Source: an uncultured Spirochaetales bacterium
Lineage (GTDB): Bacteria; Myxococcota_A; UBA9160; SMWR01
Direction of reading: 5' to 3'
Length of the DNA: 60,826 nucleotides
Assembly (NCBI GenBank): GCA_964649065.1
Contig: CAZYOL010000004.1
Coordinates: forward strand, 1 to 60,826
Every line of letters starts with the position of its first letter. The stretch's first letter is position 1. This document shows, piece after piece, positions 9,275 through 18,029 of this stretch. Below the pieces are notes generated by a model that saw only the letters and a program-made list of their open reading frames with translations, had not been told where the DNA came from and made no database searches. A program made the translations under genes and the position numbers.

Positions 9275-10302
9275 GGGCGCAGGGCGGGGTGGTTCTGGCG
9301 CAGCCAGGCGATCGTGTCGGCCAGGGTCTCGCGGGCCGGCCGCGGGCGGTAGCCGAGCTCGCTCTCGGCGTAGAGCGAGCGCAGCCCCCACCAGTGCGTC
9401 GCCATCTCGACGACCACGGGGTCCGGCAGCAGGTGCAGGGGCTCCCCGCGCAGCCGGATGCCGAGCTGGGCCAGGCCCTGGGCCAGCCACCAGGCCACCG
9501 GGTACGGGAGGCGCAGCGGGGGGGGCGGGACCCCCGAGATCTCCGAGGCCAGGGCGAAGAAGTCACCGACGCTGCACTCGTGGCCGGGCAGGTGGTAGAC
9601 GGGTCGGGGTCGCGGGCTCTCCATGGCGCGCAGGATCGCGCGGCTCGCGTCGCGCACGTCGGCGAAGGCGATCCCGCCGTCGACCACGAAGGGAAGCCGG
9701 CGCCGCAGCAGCCGGATCAGGTGCCCAGAAGAGCGGAAGCGGTGATCGCCCGGGCCCAGCAGGACCGGCGGCCGCACGATCTGGAGCTGCACCCCGTGCT
9801 GCTCGGCCAGCTCGCGGGCCCGCCGCTCGGCCAGCAGCTTCGAGTGGTAGTAGGGCCAGCTCCGGATGGCCTCCTCGCAGGGAGGCGTCTCCTCGTCGGC
9901 GTGCTCCTCGCGGCGCCGGAAGCAGCCCACGGTCCCCGAGGTCGAGACGAAGACCACGCGCCAGCCCCGCTCCGCTGCGAGCCGGAGGATGCCGGCCGTT
10001 CCCTCGACGTTGCTGCGGTAGACCGACTCCACGTCGTGGCGCGAGTGCTTCACCTCGGCCGCCAGGTGGAAGACGCCCCGCACCTCGGCCAGCCGCGGAT
10101 CCCCGGCGAAGGCCCGTGGATCCAGCAGCTCGCCGTGCAGCAGCTCCACCCGCTCGAGCTTGTGCGTCCAGTCGTGACGGGACCAGGCGTTGGGCTCGCG
10201 CACCAGGGCCAGGGCCCGCCGGGGCACCTCGTCGGCCTGCAGCGCGTGGAGCAGGTGCCGGCCCAGGAAGCCGCTCGCGCCGGTGACGAGGTAGGTCGTC
10301 AC
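9271..10302 (-). CDS. Extended SDR / NAD-dependent epimerase-dehydratase
   Basis: TGASGFLG Rossmann motif, VFHLAA, YYHSK (YxxxK), RPPVLLGPGD. Confidence 0.9.
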   Translation of the reverse strand: MTTYLVTGASGFLGRHLLHALQADEVPRRALALVREPNAWSRHDWTHKLERVELLHGELLDPRAFAGDPRLAEVRGVFHLAAEVKHSRHDVESVYRSNVEGTAGILRLAAERGWRVVFVSTSGTVGCFRRREEHADEETPPCEEAIRSWPYYHSKLLAERRARELAEQHGVQLQIVRPPVLLGPGDHRFRSSGHLIRLLRRRLPFVVDGGIAFADVRDASRAILRAMESPRPRPVYHLPGHECSVGDFFALASEISGVPPPPLRLPYPVAWWLAQGLAQLGIRLRGEPLHLLPDPVVVEMATHWWGLRSLYAESELGYRPRPARETLADTIAWLRQNHPALRP

Positions 10303-12135
10303 TCAGGCGACTCCCTGGTTCGATCCCCCGAAGACGTTGCCCGGGTCGACGCTGCGCTTCAGCTCCGCCGTCCACTCGCGTGCGGTCGGCGAGAAGATCC
10401 GGGGCAGGAAGCCCTGGCGCAGCTTTCCGATGCCGTGGTGGTGGGAGAGGGAGCCGTCGCAGCGCAGGATCTCGTCGCGGGCGCAGCGCTCCAGCTCCGC
10501 GTAGACCCGGTTCGGCTCCTCGACGCCCTTGTGGTAGAAGGCGAAGTAGAAGTAGACGCAGACTCCGGTGTCGTATACCTGTGTCACTCGACAGGTGACG
10601 AAGGGCCCGCCCGGGAGGCCGCGCTCCGCGTACTCCCGATGGATCCGCTGCTTCACCTTCTGGCAGAGCTCGAGGGCCCGATCCCAGGGCACCGAGGTCT
10701 CGAAGGACTCGGCGAGCACATGGTGCTTCATCACGAAGTCGCGGATGTAGGCGATTCCGTAGGTGAGCTGGTAGCCGCGCTTGCCGTTCTCGGCACCCGC
10801 GCGCATGCCCCCGTGGCGCTTGGCGATGCGCTGGGCCGCCGACTCCTGGGCGCGCACCTCCTCGGCCGAGCCCTCGAAGACCAGCGTGCAGGCGACCATG
10901 CGATCCGCCTCGAAGCCGCGCAGCCGCGTCACGTAGAGCTTCTCGAGCCGGTGGAGCAGGGCCTTCCAGCCCTGGCGGCGCGGCTTCAGCGTCTGGGAGA
11001 GCTGGAACTGCAGGTTGTCGACGAGGCGCACGCTGGCGGGTACCGCGCCCTCCCGCGTCAGCTCGTACATGAAGGCGACGCCCTGCTCGAAGCTCGGGAA
11101 GAGGATCGCGTCGTAGCGCTGGACCTCGGGCAGGGGGAAGATCTTGACGATGGCCTGGGTCACGATGCCGAGGTTGCCCTCGGAGCCGAAGATCCAGCGC
11201 CGCACGTCCGATCCCACCGATTCGCGGGGAGCAACGGCGGGTCGCGACAGCTCGCCCTTCGGCGTCGCCACCGTCACGTCGAGCACGAGGTCCTCGATGT
11301 TGCCGTAGCGGTTCTTCTTCATCCCGCTGGCGTGGGTTGCGATCCAGCCGCCGAGCGTCGAGAACTCGATCGAATCGGGCTCGTGGCCCATGGTGAAGCC
11401 GTGCTCGGCCAGCTGCTCGGCGATGTGGCGCCCCACGGCGCCCGCCTCGATGCAGGCCATCCGGTTGGTCGGGTCGATCCACAGGATGCGGTTCAGCCGC
11501 GAGAGATCGACCGAGGCGATCATGCGCTCCTCGCCGGCCGGACAGCGAAGGGCCTCGGTGACGTTGGTTCCGCCGCCGTAGGGAATGAGGCAGACGTCGT
11601 GGCGCGCGGCGGCCTCGACCAGGGCCTGGACGTGCTGCGCCCGGCTGGGGTAGAGGACCAGGTCCGGCACCCGTTCCAGCGCGCCGTACTTGATCTCGTA
11701 CATCTCGTCCTGGGTGTGGCCGTGCCCGTGGCGCAGCCGCACGGCCGGCTCGCTGCAGATCGCATCCTCCTGCAGCACCTTGCGAACCTCGTCGAGGAAG
11801 CCGGCGTTGCTGCGGGGCTCGGGGATCTGCGGCGGATAGCTGGACTCGTGGGTGTCGGTGGGGTCGAGGTGGACGCCCAGGATGCCCTCGGTCCAGGGCA
11901 GCAGGTCGGGCAGCTCGGCTCCGCACAGCGGGTAGCGATCGCCGGTGAGGATCACGCTTCCGTTCGGCAGAACCCGGAAGCCGGTGTCGCGGAAGCCCCA
12001 GACGTCGAGGCTCTCGACGTCCTGCTCCCGCCGCGGCGGATCCCCGGGAACGATCCGTTCCGGGGCTCGCCCCTCGGTGAGATCCCGGCCGCTCGGCGTC
12101 GGCTCGCGGCTCGACCTCGCTGCTCCCATCGCCAT
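10303..12135 (-). CDS. agpS: Alkyl-dihydroxyacetonephosphate synthase-like FAD oxidoreductase (eukaryote-like AGPS)
   Basis: WGFRDTGF...LTGDRYPL, HGHT, IPYGGGTNV, GHEPDSIEFSTLGGWIATHASGMKKNRYGNIEDLV, ESFETSVPWD, CRVTQVYDTGVCVYFYFAF, SLSHHHGIGKLR; GGAGG RBS before ATG 12135. Confidence 0.88.
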   Translation of the reverse strand: MAMGAARSSREPTPSGRDLTEGRAPERIVPGDPPRREQDVESLDVWGFRDTGFRVLPNGSVILTGDRYPLCGAELPDLLPWTEGILGVHLDPTDTHESSYPPQIPEPRSNAGFLDEVRKVLQEDAICSEPAVRLRHGHGHTQDEMYEIKYGALERVPDLVLYPSRAQHVQALVEAAARHDVCLIPYGGGTNVTEALRCPAGEERMIASVDLSRLNRILWIDPTNRMACIEAGAVGRHIAEQLAEHGFTMGHEPDSIEFSTLGGWIATHASGMKKNRYGNIEDLVLDVTVATPKGELSRPAVAPRESVGSDVRRWIFGSEGNLGIVTQAIVKIFPLPEVQRYDAILFPSFEQGVAFMYELTREGAVPASVRLVDNLQFQLSQTLKPRRQGWKALLHRLEKLYVTRLRGFEADRMVACTLVFEGSAEEVRAQESAAQRIAKRHGGMRAGAENGKRGYQLTYGIAYIRDFVMKHHVLAESFETSVPWDRALELCQKVKQRIHREYAERGLPGGPFVTCRVTQVYDTGVCVYFYFAFYHKGVEEPNRVYAELERCARDEILRCDGSLSHHHGIGKLRQGFLPRIFSPTAREWTAELKRSVDPGNVFGGSNQGVA

Positions 12136-12286
12136 CGTGCTCCCCTCCGTCCCGCACGTCGAGACCCGGGGCCCGATCGGCTCGTCGATCGCGCTCGGGG
12201 ACCGCTCGTGCTCGCGGCGGACCCCCGCGGGTACGCCGTTCGCCCAACAGTACCGCAAACCCCGGCGTCGCCGACGTCTCCGGGAG

Positions 12287-13255
12287 TCATCCCGCGGCCG
12301 GGCTCGGCCGGGCCGGCTCCGCCCAGGTCGGCGCAGGCGCCGGGCTCCGGCTCGGGATCCAGCGCTCCTCGAGGAAGCGCTCCACCGCGCAGACGATCGC
12401 CTCGGGGTACTCGAGCAGCCCGAAGTGGGTGGCGCCGGGCAACACCTCCAGGCGGGCATCCGGGAGCGTGCGGGCCAGCTCGCGGGTCACGGCCAGCGGG
12501 GTGAAGGGATCGGCGTCGCCGGCGATCACGAGCGCCGGGACCGACAGGCGAGAGGCCACGTCCCAGGCGTCGTGGGCCCCGAGCTGCGAGAAGATCTCGG
12601 CGTAGATCCCCAGGTGCAGGGCCATCCACTCCTCGGCCATCCGCTGGAAGCGCCGTTCGTCGAGGCTGGGAGCCATCATGCCGAGCCGCCTGCACAGGCC
12701 CACGAAGGCGCTCATGACGGCGGGTCGCCGGGTCAGCCAGGGCCCCAGCGTCTGGATTCGATCCCCCACGCGGCGCAGGCCGGCCAGCACGTAGGGCGAG
12801 ATGCGCGCGCTGAGGGCCGAGTCGAAGGCCGTCTCGAGGGGCCGGCCCGCGGTGCCGTGCAGGGCCACCAGTCCCGAGGAGGCGTCCGGCCAGGTGCGGT
12901 GCAGCTCGAGCGCCACCTGAACCCCCATGCTCCAGCCGATCAGCACCGGCCTGCGCAGGCCCGCGCGCTCGATCAGCGTTCGCAGGTCGGCCGCGTGGTC
13001 GATCAGCTCGTAGCGCCCCTCGCACGGGGCCGGACCGGAGCGGTAGAGGCCTCGGTAGTCCCAGCTCAAGATCCGATGGCGCGAAGCCAGGGCGCGGAAG
13101 AGCGGTCTCCACACCCCGACGCCGCCGCCGAGGCCGCCGCACAGCACGATCGGCGGCGCGTCGCGTGGGCCCGCCGCGTAGCAGGCCAGACGCGTGCCGT
13201 CGTAGGCCCGTAGCCGCCTTCGCACCACGCGCGTCGACGCGCTTCGCGTGGACAA
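12287..13255 (-). CDS. Alpha/beta fold hydrolase
   Basis: WDYRGLYRS, GWSMG nucleophile elbow, GDADPFTP, ATHF; start uncertain. Confidence 0.88.
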   Translation of the reverse strand: MSTRSASTRVVRRRLRAYDGTRLACYAAGPRDAPPIVLCGGLGGGVGVWRPLFRALASRHRILSWDYRGLYRSGPAPCEGRYELIDHAADLRTLIERAGLRRPVLIGWSMGVQVALELHRTWPDASSGLVALHGTAGRPLETAFDSALSARISPYVLAGLRRVGDRIQTLGPWLTRRPAVMSAFVGLCRRLGMMAPSLDERRFQRMAEEWMALHLGIYAEIFSQLGAHDAWDVASRLSVPALVIAGDADPFTPLAVTRELARTLPDARLEVLPGATHFGLLEYPEAIVCAVERFLEERWIPSRSPAPAPTWAEPARPSPAAG

Positions 13256-13306
13256 GAGCCGATCCCCCCCAGGATCCGGCCAGCTTACCGAAGCCCGCGA
13301 TTCCGC

Positions 13307-13333
13307 CTCAATCGCGGTGCGCGGCGGGCCGAT
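13307..13333 (+). promoter_or_regulatory. sigma28/FliA-like promoter
   Basis: CTCAAT-N15-GCCGAT, 10 nt before ATG 13344. Confidence 0.6.
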
Positions 13334-13343
13334 GGCGCAGCCG

Positions 13344-14741
13344 ATGGACCCCGTTCGGAGCGCGTGGGATGTGCGGCAGCTCCGGAAGCGCTTCGAGCCG
13401 CAGCGCGGGGACGGGCGGGAGCTGGCGCTGCGCCTGCTCGTCCTGAGCCTGCTGCTGCCGCTGCTGGGGCCGGCGCTGCTGCTGGGGCTGCTGGGGCTGG
13501 CGGTCCATCGCTGGGCGCAGGCGATCTCCGGGCGCGCCCCCGGCCACGCCCGGCCTCACGAGAGCGCACTGCGCGTCGTGCGGGATCGACTCGAGGAGGG
13601 CCAGGCGGATCTCGACGCCGAGCACTTCCTCGAGCGGGTGCGACGGGCCGTCGAGCGATTCGCCGAGGCCTGGTCTCGCCAGCAGCCCGGGCCGGTGGCT
13701 CCCTTCGTCTCCGACGGGCTGCACGAGCAGCTCCGCCTGCGCTTCGACGAGCAGCGCGCCCTGGGGCTGCGGGAGGAGCCTCTCGACCTGGTGGTGGAGC
13801 GGATCGGCATCGCACGGGTGCGCAGCGAGGGACGCTTCGACGTGCTGGCCGTCGGCCTCGACGTCGCGGGCCACTGGGTCCAGTACTCGCTCGCGAGCGG
13901 CGCCGAGCTGGGACGCCGGCCGGCCGGGGAGGCCGGGCTCTCGGGCTTCTGGACCTTCATCCGTCGGCGCGGCGCCAAGTCGCGCAGCGGACCGGGGCTG
14001 ATCGAGGGCTGCTGCCCCAACTGCTCGGCCCCGATCGAGCTGGTCCGTCACGCCCGTTGCCCGGCCTGTTCCGCGTGGCTGCGGAGCGGTCAGCACGACT
14101 GGGTGCTCGCCGAGATCACCGACCCGCGGTCCTGGAAGCCCAGGCCGTCGTGCCGGGCACCGGGCGTCGCGGCCTATCGCGAGCGGGATCCCGAGCTCAG
14201 CGTGCAGCACCTGGAGGACCGGGCTGCCGTGCTCTTCTGGCGCCAACGCGCGGCGGAGCGGGTCGGGGGCCTCGGGCCCCTGCGGCGCGCTCTGGGGGCC
14301 GAGCTGGGCGAGCGGCTGGGCGCGTGCGTGGCCCGCGACGGCCGCGAGCTGCGCCTGCGGGCACGGGTGCGCGACGTCGAGACCCTGGCGGTGGCGCAGG
14401 GGGAGGTCTGGGACCGCGCGGCCGTGGCCGTCGACTGGAGCGCCGAGCTCCACCGCGTCGGAGCGGACGGGGCCATCGGCCCTTCCCTCGGACCCTGCCG
14501 CGGCCGCGAGCTCTTCCTGCTCGCCCGTCGCGCGGGCCTGCTGACCCCGGACGGGCTGGACGTCTCCTCCGCTCACTGCAGCTCCTGCGGGGCGCCGGAC
14601 GACGCCGGCAGCGAGCTCGGCTGCCGCTACTGCGGCGCCGCCCGGGACGGCGGCTCGGGGGACTGGCTGCTCGCGGGCCTCTACGATCTCGCCACGCCGG
14701 AGGCCCGCGCCGCTCTCGCCGAGGTCGGGGCCCCGCGCTGA
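13344..14741 (+). CDS. Membrane protein with tandem Tim44-like domains and zinc ribbons
   Basis: TM segment; FLERVRRAVERFAEAW...FWTFIR; CPNC/CPAC and CSSC/CRYC pairs, each followed by DWVL/DWLL. ATG 13332 falls inside the -10 element, so 13344 is preferred. Confidence 0.75.
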   Translation: MDPVRSAWDVRQLRKRFEPQRGDGRELALRLLVLSLLLPLLGPALLLGLLGLAVHRWAQAISGRAPGHARPHESALRVVRDRLEEGQADLDAEHFLERVRRAVERFAEAWSRQQPGPVAPFVSDGLHEQLRLRFDEQRALGLREEPLDLVVERIGIARVRSEGRFDVLAVGLDVAGHWVQYSLASGAELGRRPAGEAGLSGFWTFIRRRGAKSRSGPGLIEGCCPNCSAPIELVRHARCPACSAWLRSGQHDWVLAEITDPRSWKPRPSCRAPGVAAYRERDPELSVQHLEDRAAVLFWRQRAAERVGGLGPLRRALGAELGERLGACVARDGRELRLRARVRDVETLAVAQGEVWDRAAVAVDWSAELHRVGADGAIGPSLGPCRGRELFLLARRAGLLTPDGLDVSSAHCSSCGAPDDAGSELGCRYCGAARDGGSGDWLLAGLYDLATPEARAALAEVGAPR

Positions 14742-14762
14742 GCCGACGGTACCCTCCGCCGC

Positions 14763-17700
14763 ATGGGGGCGAAGCTGCTCCGCTCGGCGGGCGCCGCCGC
14801 GCGGATCGGTCGCGCGCGGCAGTGGCTCGTGAGCCGAGCCGCGGGAGAGGAGGTGCTGGTGCTGGCCGCCAGCGCCCGGGCCGCCTCCGAGCTGCTGCGG
14901 AGCGCCGCGCTGGAGCGAGGCGCCGGCTTCGGCTGGCACCGGGCGACGCTGTCCTCGCTGGCCCGGGAGCTGGCCACGCCGGCCCTGGTGGAGCGGCAGC
15001 TGGCGCCGGTCGGCGGGCTGGCCGCCGAGGCCGTGGTGGCGCGGGTGGTCGATCGGCTCCGGGAGCGGGATCGGCTGGGGCGCTACGCCGCCGTGGCCAA
15101 CGGTCCCGGCCTGGCCCGGGCGCTGCTGCGCTCGCTGCAGGAGCTGCGCTTCGCGCGCGTCGACCGGGTCGAGCTGGCGGCGGTCGACCCGGAGCTGGCC
15201 GCACTGGCCGATGCCTACGGCGCAGGGCTGGCCGAGGCGGGCCTCGCGGATCGAGCGGCGGTCTACGAGCTGGCCGTCGAGGTCGGAGCCGACGCATCCG
15301 TGCGTCACCCCTGGCTCGGTCTGCCCAGCCTGCTGCTCGACGTGCCGGTCGAGACGGAGCTGGAGGCGGCGCTGCTCGGGGCGCTGGTCCGGCGCGCGCC
15401 GGAGCTGCTGGCGACGCTGCCGCGCGGCGACGAGGCCAGCGAGCAGCGGCTCGTCGAGCTGCTCGGCGCCGAGCCGGAGTGCCTGGACGGCGCGGCCGCG
15501 GGCTCGCTGGAGCGGCTGCAGCGCCACGTCTTCGAGTCGGCCCCGGCCCCCGCGGAGGCCGACGACCGGGTGGTCGTGCTCTCCGCCCCGGGCGAGAGCC
15601 GCGAGTGCGTGGAGATCGCGCGCCGCGCCCTGCACCTGGCCGAGTCGGGAGTGCCCTTCGACCGCATGGCGGTGCTGCTGCGCTCGGTCGAGGAGTACCG
15701 GGCGCACCTGGAGGAGGCCTTCGGCCGGGCCGGCGTTCCGCTGCTCTTCGAGCGCGGCGCGTTGCGGCCCGAGCCGGCCGGCCGCGCCTTCGCCTCGCTG
15801 CTGGCCTGCGCGGCGGAGAACCTCTCGGCGCGGCGCTTCGCCGAGTACCTGTCGCTGGGCGAGCTGCCGGACGCGACGCCCGACGGGGCGCCGCCGCCGT
15901 CGCTGACGGCTGCCGAGCGCTGGGTCGCGCCCGACGAGGAGCTGGTGACCGCTGCGGTGGCCGAGGCTCTGGGCGAGCGCCTCGTTCCGGAGTCGACGGC
16001 CTCCACCGACCCGGAAGAGCGCTCCGTGCGGGAGGGCAGCCTGCGGGCGCCCCGGCGCTGGGAGGCGCTGCTGGTGGACGCGGCGGTGATCGGGGGCAGC
16101 GAGCGCTGGCAGCAGCGGCTGGACGGCCTGGCCCGTCAGCTCGAGCTCGACCTGGCCGAGCTCGAGGATCCGGAGTCGGCAAAGGCCGAGGCGCTGCGGC
16201 GGGCCTGCCGCGACCTGGCATCGTTGCGCGACTACGCGCTGCCGCTGATTGCGGATCTGGTGGCACTGCCGCGGCGGGCGACCTGGGGCCGCTGGCTCGA
16301 CGCGCTGGCCGCGCTGGCGACCCGAGGCCTCAGGCGGCCCGAGCGCGTGCTCGCCGTGCTCGCCGAGCTCGCCCCGATGGCCGGCGTCGGCGAGGTCGAC
16401 CTGGCGGAGGTGAGGGCGGTGCTGACGCCGCGGCTGGTGGCGGCGGCCGCGCCGCCGCCGCGCCGCCGCGCCGGCCAGGGCTACGCGGGGCCGGCAGAGA
16501 CGGCGCGCGGCTTGGCCTTCGACGTGGTCTTCGTGCCCGGTCTCGCCGAGCGGCTCTTCCCGCGCAGGATCGAGGAGGACCCGATCCTGCTCGACGAGAC
16601 CCGGCGCCGCCTCCACCCGGCCCTCCCGACGCGTCCCCAGCGGGTGGCCCACGAGCGCCGGATCCTGCGCCTGGCCGTCGGCGCGGCGGGCAGCCAGCTG
16701 GTGCTCTCCTATCCGCGCCTCGACCTCGACCAGGGCCGGCCGCGGGTGCCCTCCTTCTACGGCCTGGAGGTGCTGCGCGCCGTCGAGGGGCGGCTGCCGG
16801 GCTTCGACGAGCTCCAGCGACGAGCCGAGCGGGTCGGCGACGCCCGGGTCGGCTGGCCCGCCCCGCGGCGTCCGACCGACGCCATCGACCAGGCCGAGCA
16901 CGACCTGGCGCTGCTCGACGGGCTGCTCGACCGCGACGAGGAGAAGAGCGTGGGCACGGCGCGCTATCTCCTCGGCGCGAATCCACACCTCGGCCGGGCG
17001 CTGCGCTTCCGCGGCCGGCGCTGGCGCGGGGGCTGGACCGTCGCCGACGGCATCGTGCGGCCCTCGGCGGCCGCCCGCCGGGCGCTGCGCAGGCACGCCC
17101 TGGCCGAGCGCAGCTACTCGCCCACGGCCCTGCAGCACTACGCCGCCTGTCCCTACCGTTTCTTTCTGCAGGCCGTGCTGCGGCTGGCTCCGCGAGAGGT
17201 GCCCGTGGCCCTCGAGGACGTCGACCCGCTGACCCGCGGCAGCCTGGTGCACGACGTGCAGTTCCGGCTGCTCACTCGGCTGCGCGAGGAGGGCCTGCTG
17301 CCGGTGCGGGCGGAGAATCTCGCCCGCGCCCGCGAGCTCCTCGACGAGATCCTCACCCGGGAGGCCGAGCGCTACCGCGACGATCTCGCCCCCGCCATCG
17401 AGCGGGTGTGGCTGGACGCCGTCGACTCGATCCAGGCGGACCTGCGCGAGTGGCTGCGGCGCGCGAGCCTGGACGAGTCGGGCTTCGTGCCCTGGCGCTT
17501 CGAGCTGGCCTTCGGCCTCTCCGGGCGTCGCGAACGCGACGCGCGCTCGACGCGCGAGGCGGTGCGCCTCGCCTGCGGGCTGCGGCTTCGCGGCTCGGTG
17601 GATCTGGTCGAGCGGCGCGACGGCGGGACCCTGCGCGTCACGGACCACAAGACCGGCAAGAGCCGGGTCTCGCCCGGTGCCGTGATCGCCGGCGGCGAAG

Positions 17701-18029
17701 CCCTGCAGCCGGTGCTCTACGCCCTGGCCGCCGAGCAGCTCGAGCCCGGGGCCCGGGTGGAGTCCGGGCGGCTCTACTACTGCACGTCGGCCGGCGGCTT
17801 CGACGAGGTCTCGGTGCCCCTCGACGATGCTGCGCGGCGCAGCGCCGAGGTGCTCGCAGCCACCGTGGGCCGCGCGCTGGAAGAGCCCTTCCTGCCGGCT
17901 GCGCCGGCGCGCGGCGCCTGCCGCTTCTGCGACTACGTCTCCGTGTGTGGGCCCTCGGAGGAGACGCGCACGGCGCGCAAGTCGCCCCGCGAGCTGGCGC
18001 CCCTGCGGGCCCTGCGAGAGCTGCCGTGA
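14763..18029 (+). CDS. addB: AddB-like helicase-nuclease subunit (PD-(D/E)XK nuclease with Fe-S staple)
   Basis: Degenerate helicase fold; YSPTALQHYAACPYRFF, LRGSVDLVE...VTDHKTG, LQPVLYAL, CRFCDYVSVC. Confidence 0.85.
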   Translation: MGAKLLRSAGAAARIGRARQWLVSRAAGEEVLVLAASARAASELLRSAALERGAGFGWHRATLSSLARELATPALVERQLAPVGGLAAEAVVARVVDRLRERDRLGRYAAVANGPGLARALLRSLQELRFARVDRVELAAVDPELAALADAYGAGLAEAGLADRAAVYELAVEVGADASVRHPWLGLPSLLLDVPVETELEAALLGALVRRAPELLATLPRGDEASEQRLVELLGAEPECLDGAAAGSLERLQRHVFESAPAPAEADDRVVVLSAPGESRECVEIARRALHLAESGVPFDRMAVLLRSVEEYRAHLEEAFGRAGVPLLFERGALRPEPAGRAFASLLACAAENLSARRFAEYLSLGELPDATPDGAPPPSLTAAERWVAPDEELVTAAVAEALGERLVPESTASTDPEERSVREGSLRAPRRWEALLVDAAVIGGSERWQQRLDGLARQLELDLAELEDPESAKAEALRRACRDLASLRDYALPLIADLVALPRRATWGRWLDALAALATRGLRRPERVLAVLAELAPMAGVGEVDLAEVRAVLTPRLVAAAAPPPRRRAGQGYAGPAETARGLAFDVVFVPGLAERLFPRRIEEDPILLDETRRRLHPALPTRPQRVAHERRILRLAVGAAGSQLVLSYPRLDLDQGRPRVPSFYGLEVLRAVEGRLPGFDELQRRAERVGDARVGWPAPRRPTDAIDQAEHDLALLDGLLDRDEEKSVGTARYLLGANPHLGRALRFRGRRWRGGWTVADGIVRPSAAARRALRRHALAERSYSPTALQHYAACPYRFFLQAVLRLAPREVPVALEDVDPLTRGSLVHDVQFRLLTRLREEGLLPVRAENLARARELLDEILTREAERYRDDLAPAIERVWLDAVDSIQADLREWLRRASLDESGFVPWRFELAFGLSGRRERDARSTREAVRLACGLRLRGSVDLVERRDGGTLRVTDHKTGKSRVSPGAVIAGGEALQPVLYALAAEQLEPGARVESGRLYYCTSAGGFDEVSVPLDDAARRSAEVLAATVGRALEEPFLPAAPARGACRFCDYVSVCGPSEETRTARKSPRELAPLRALRELP

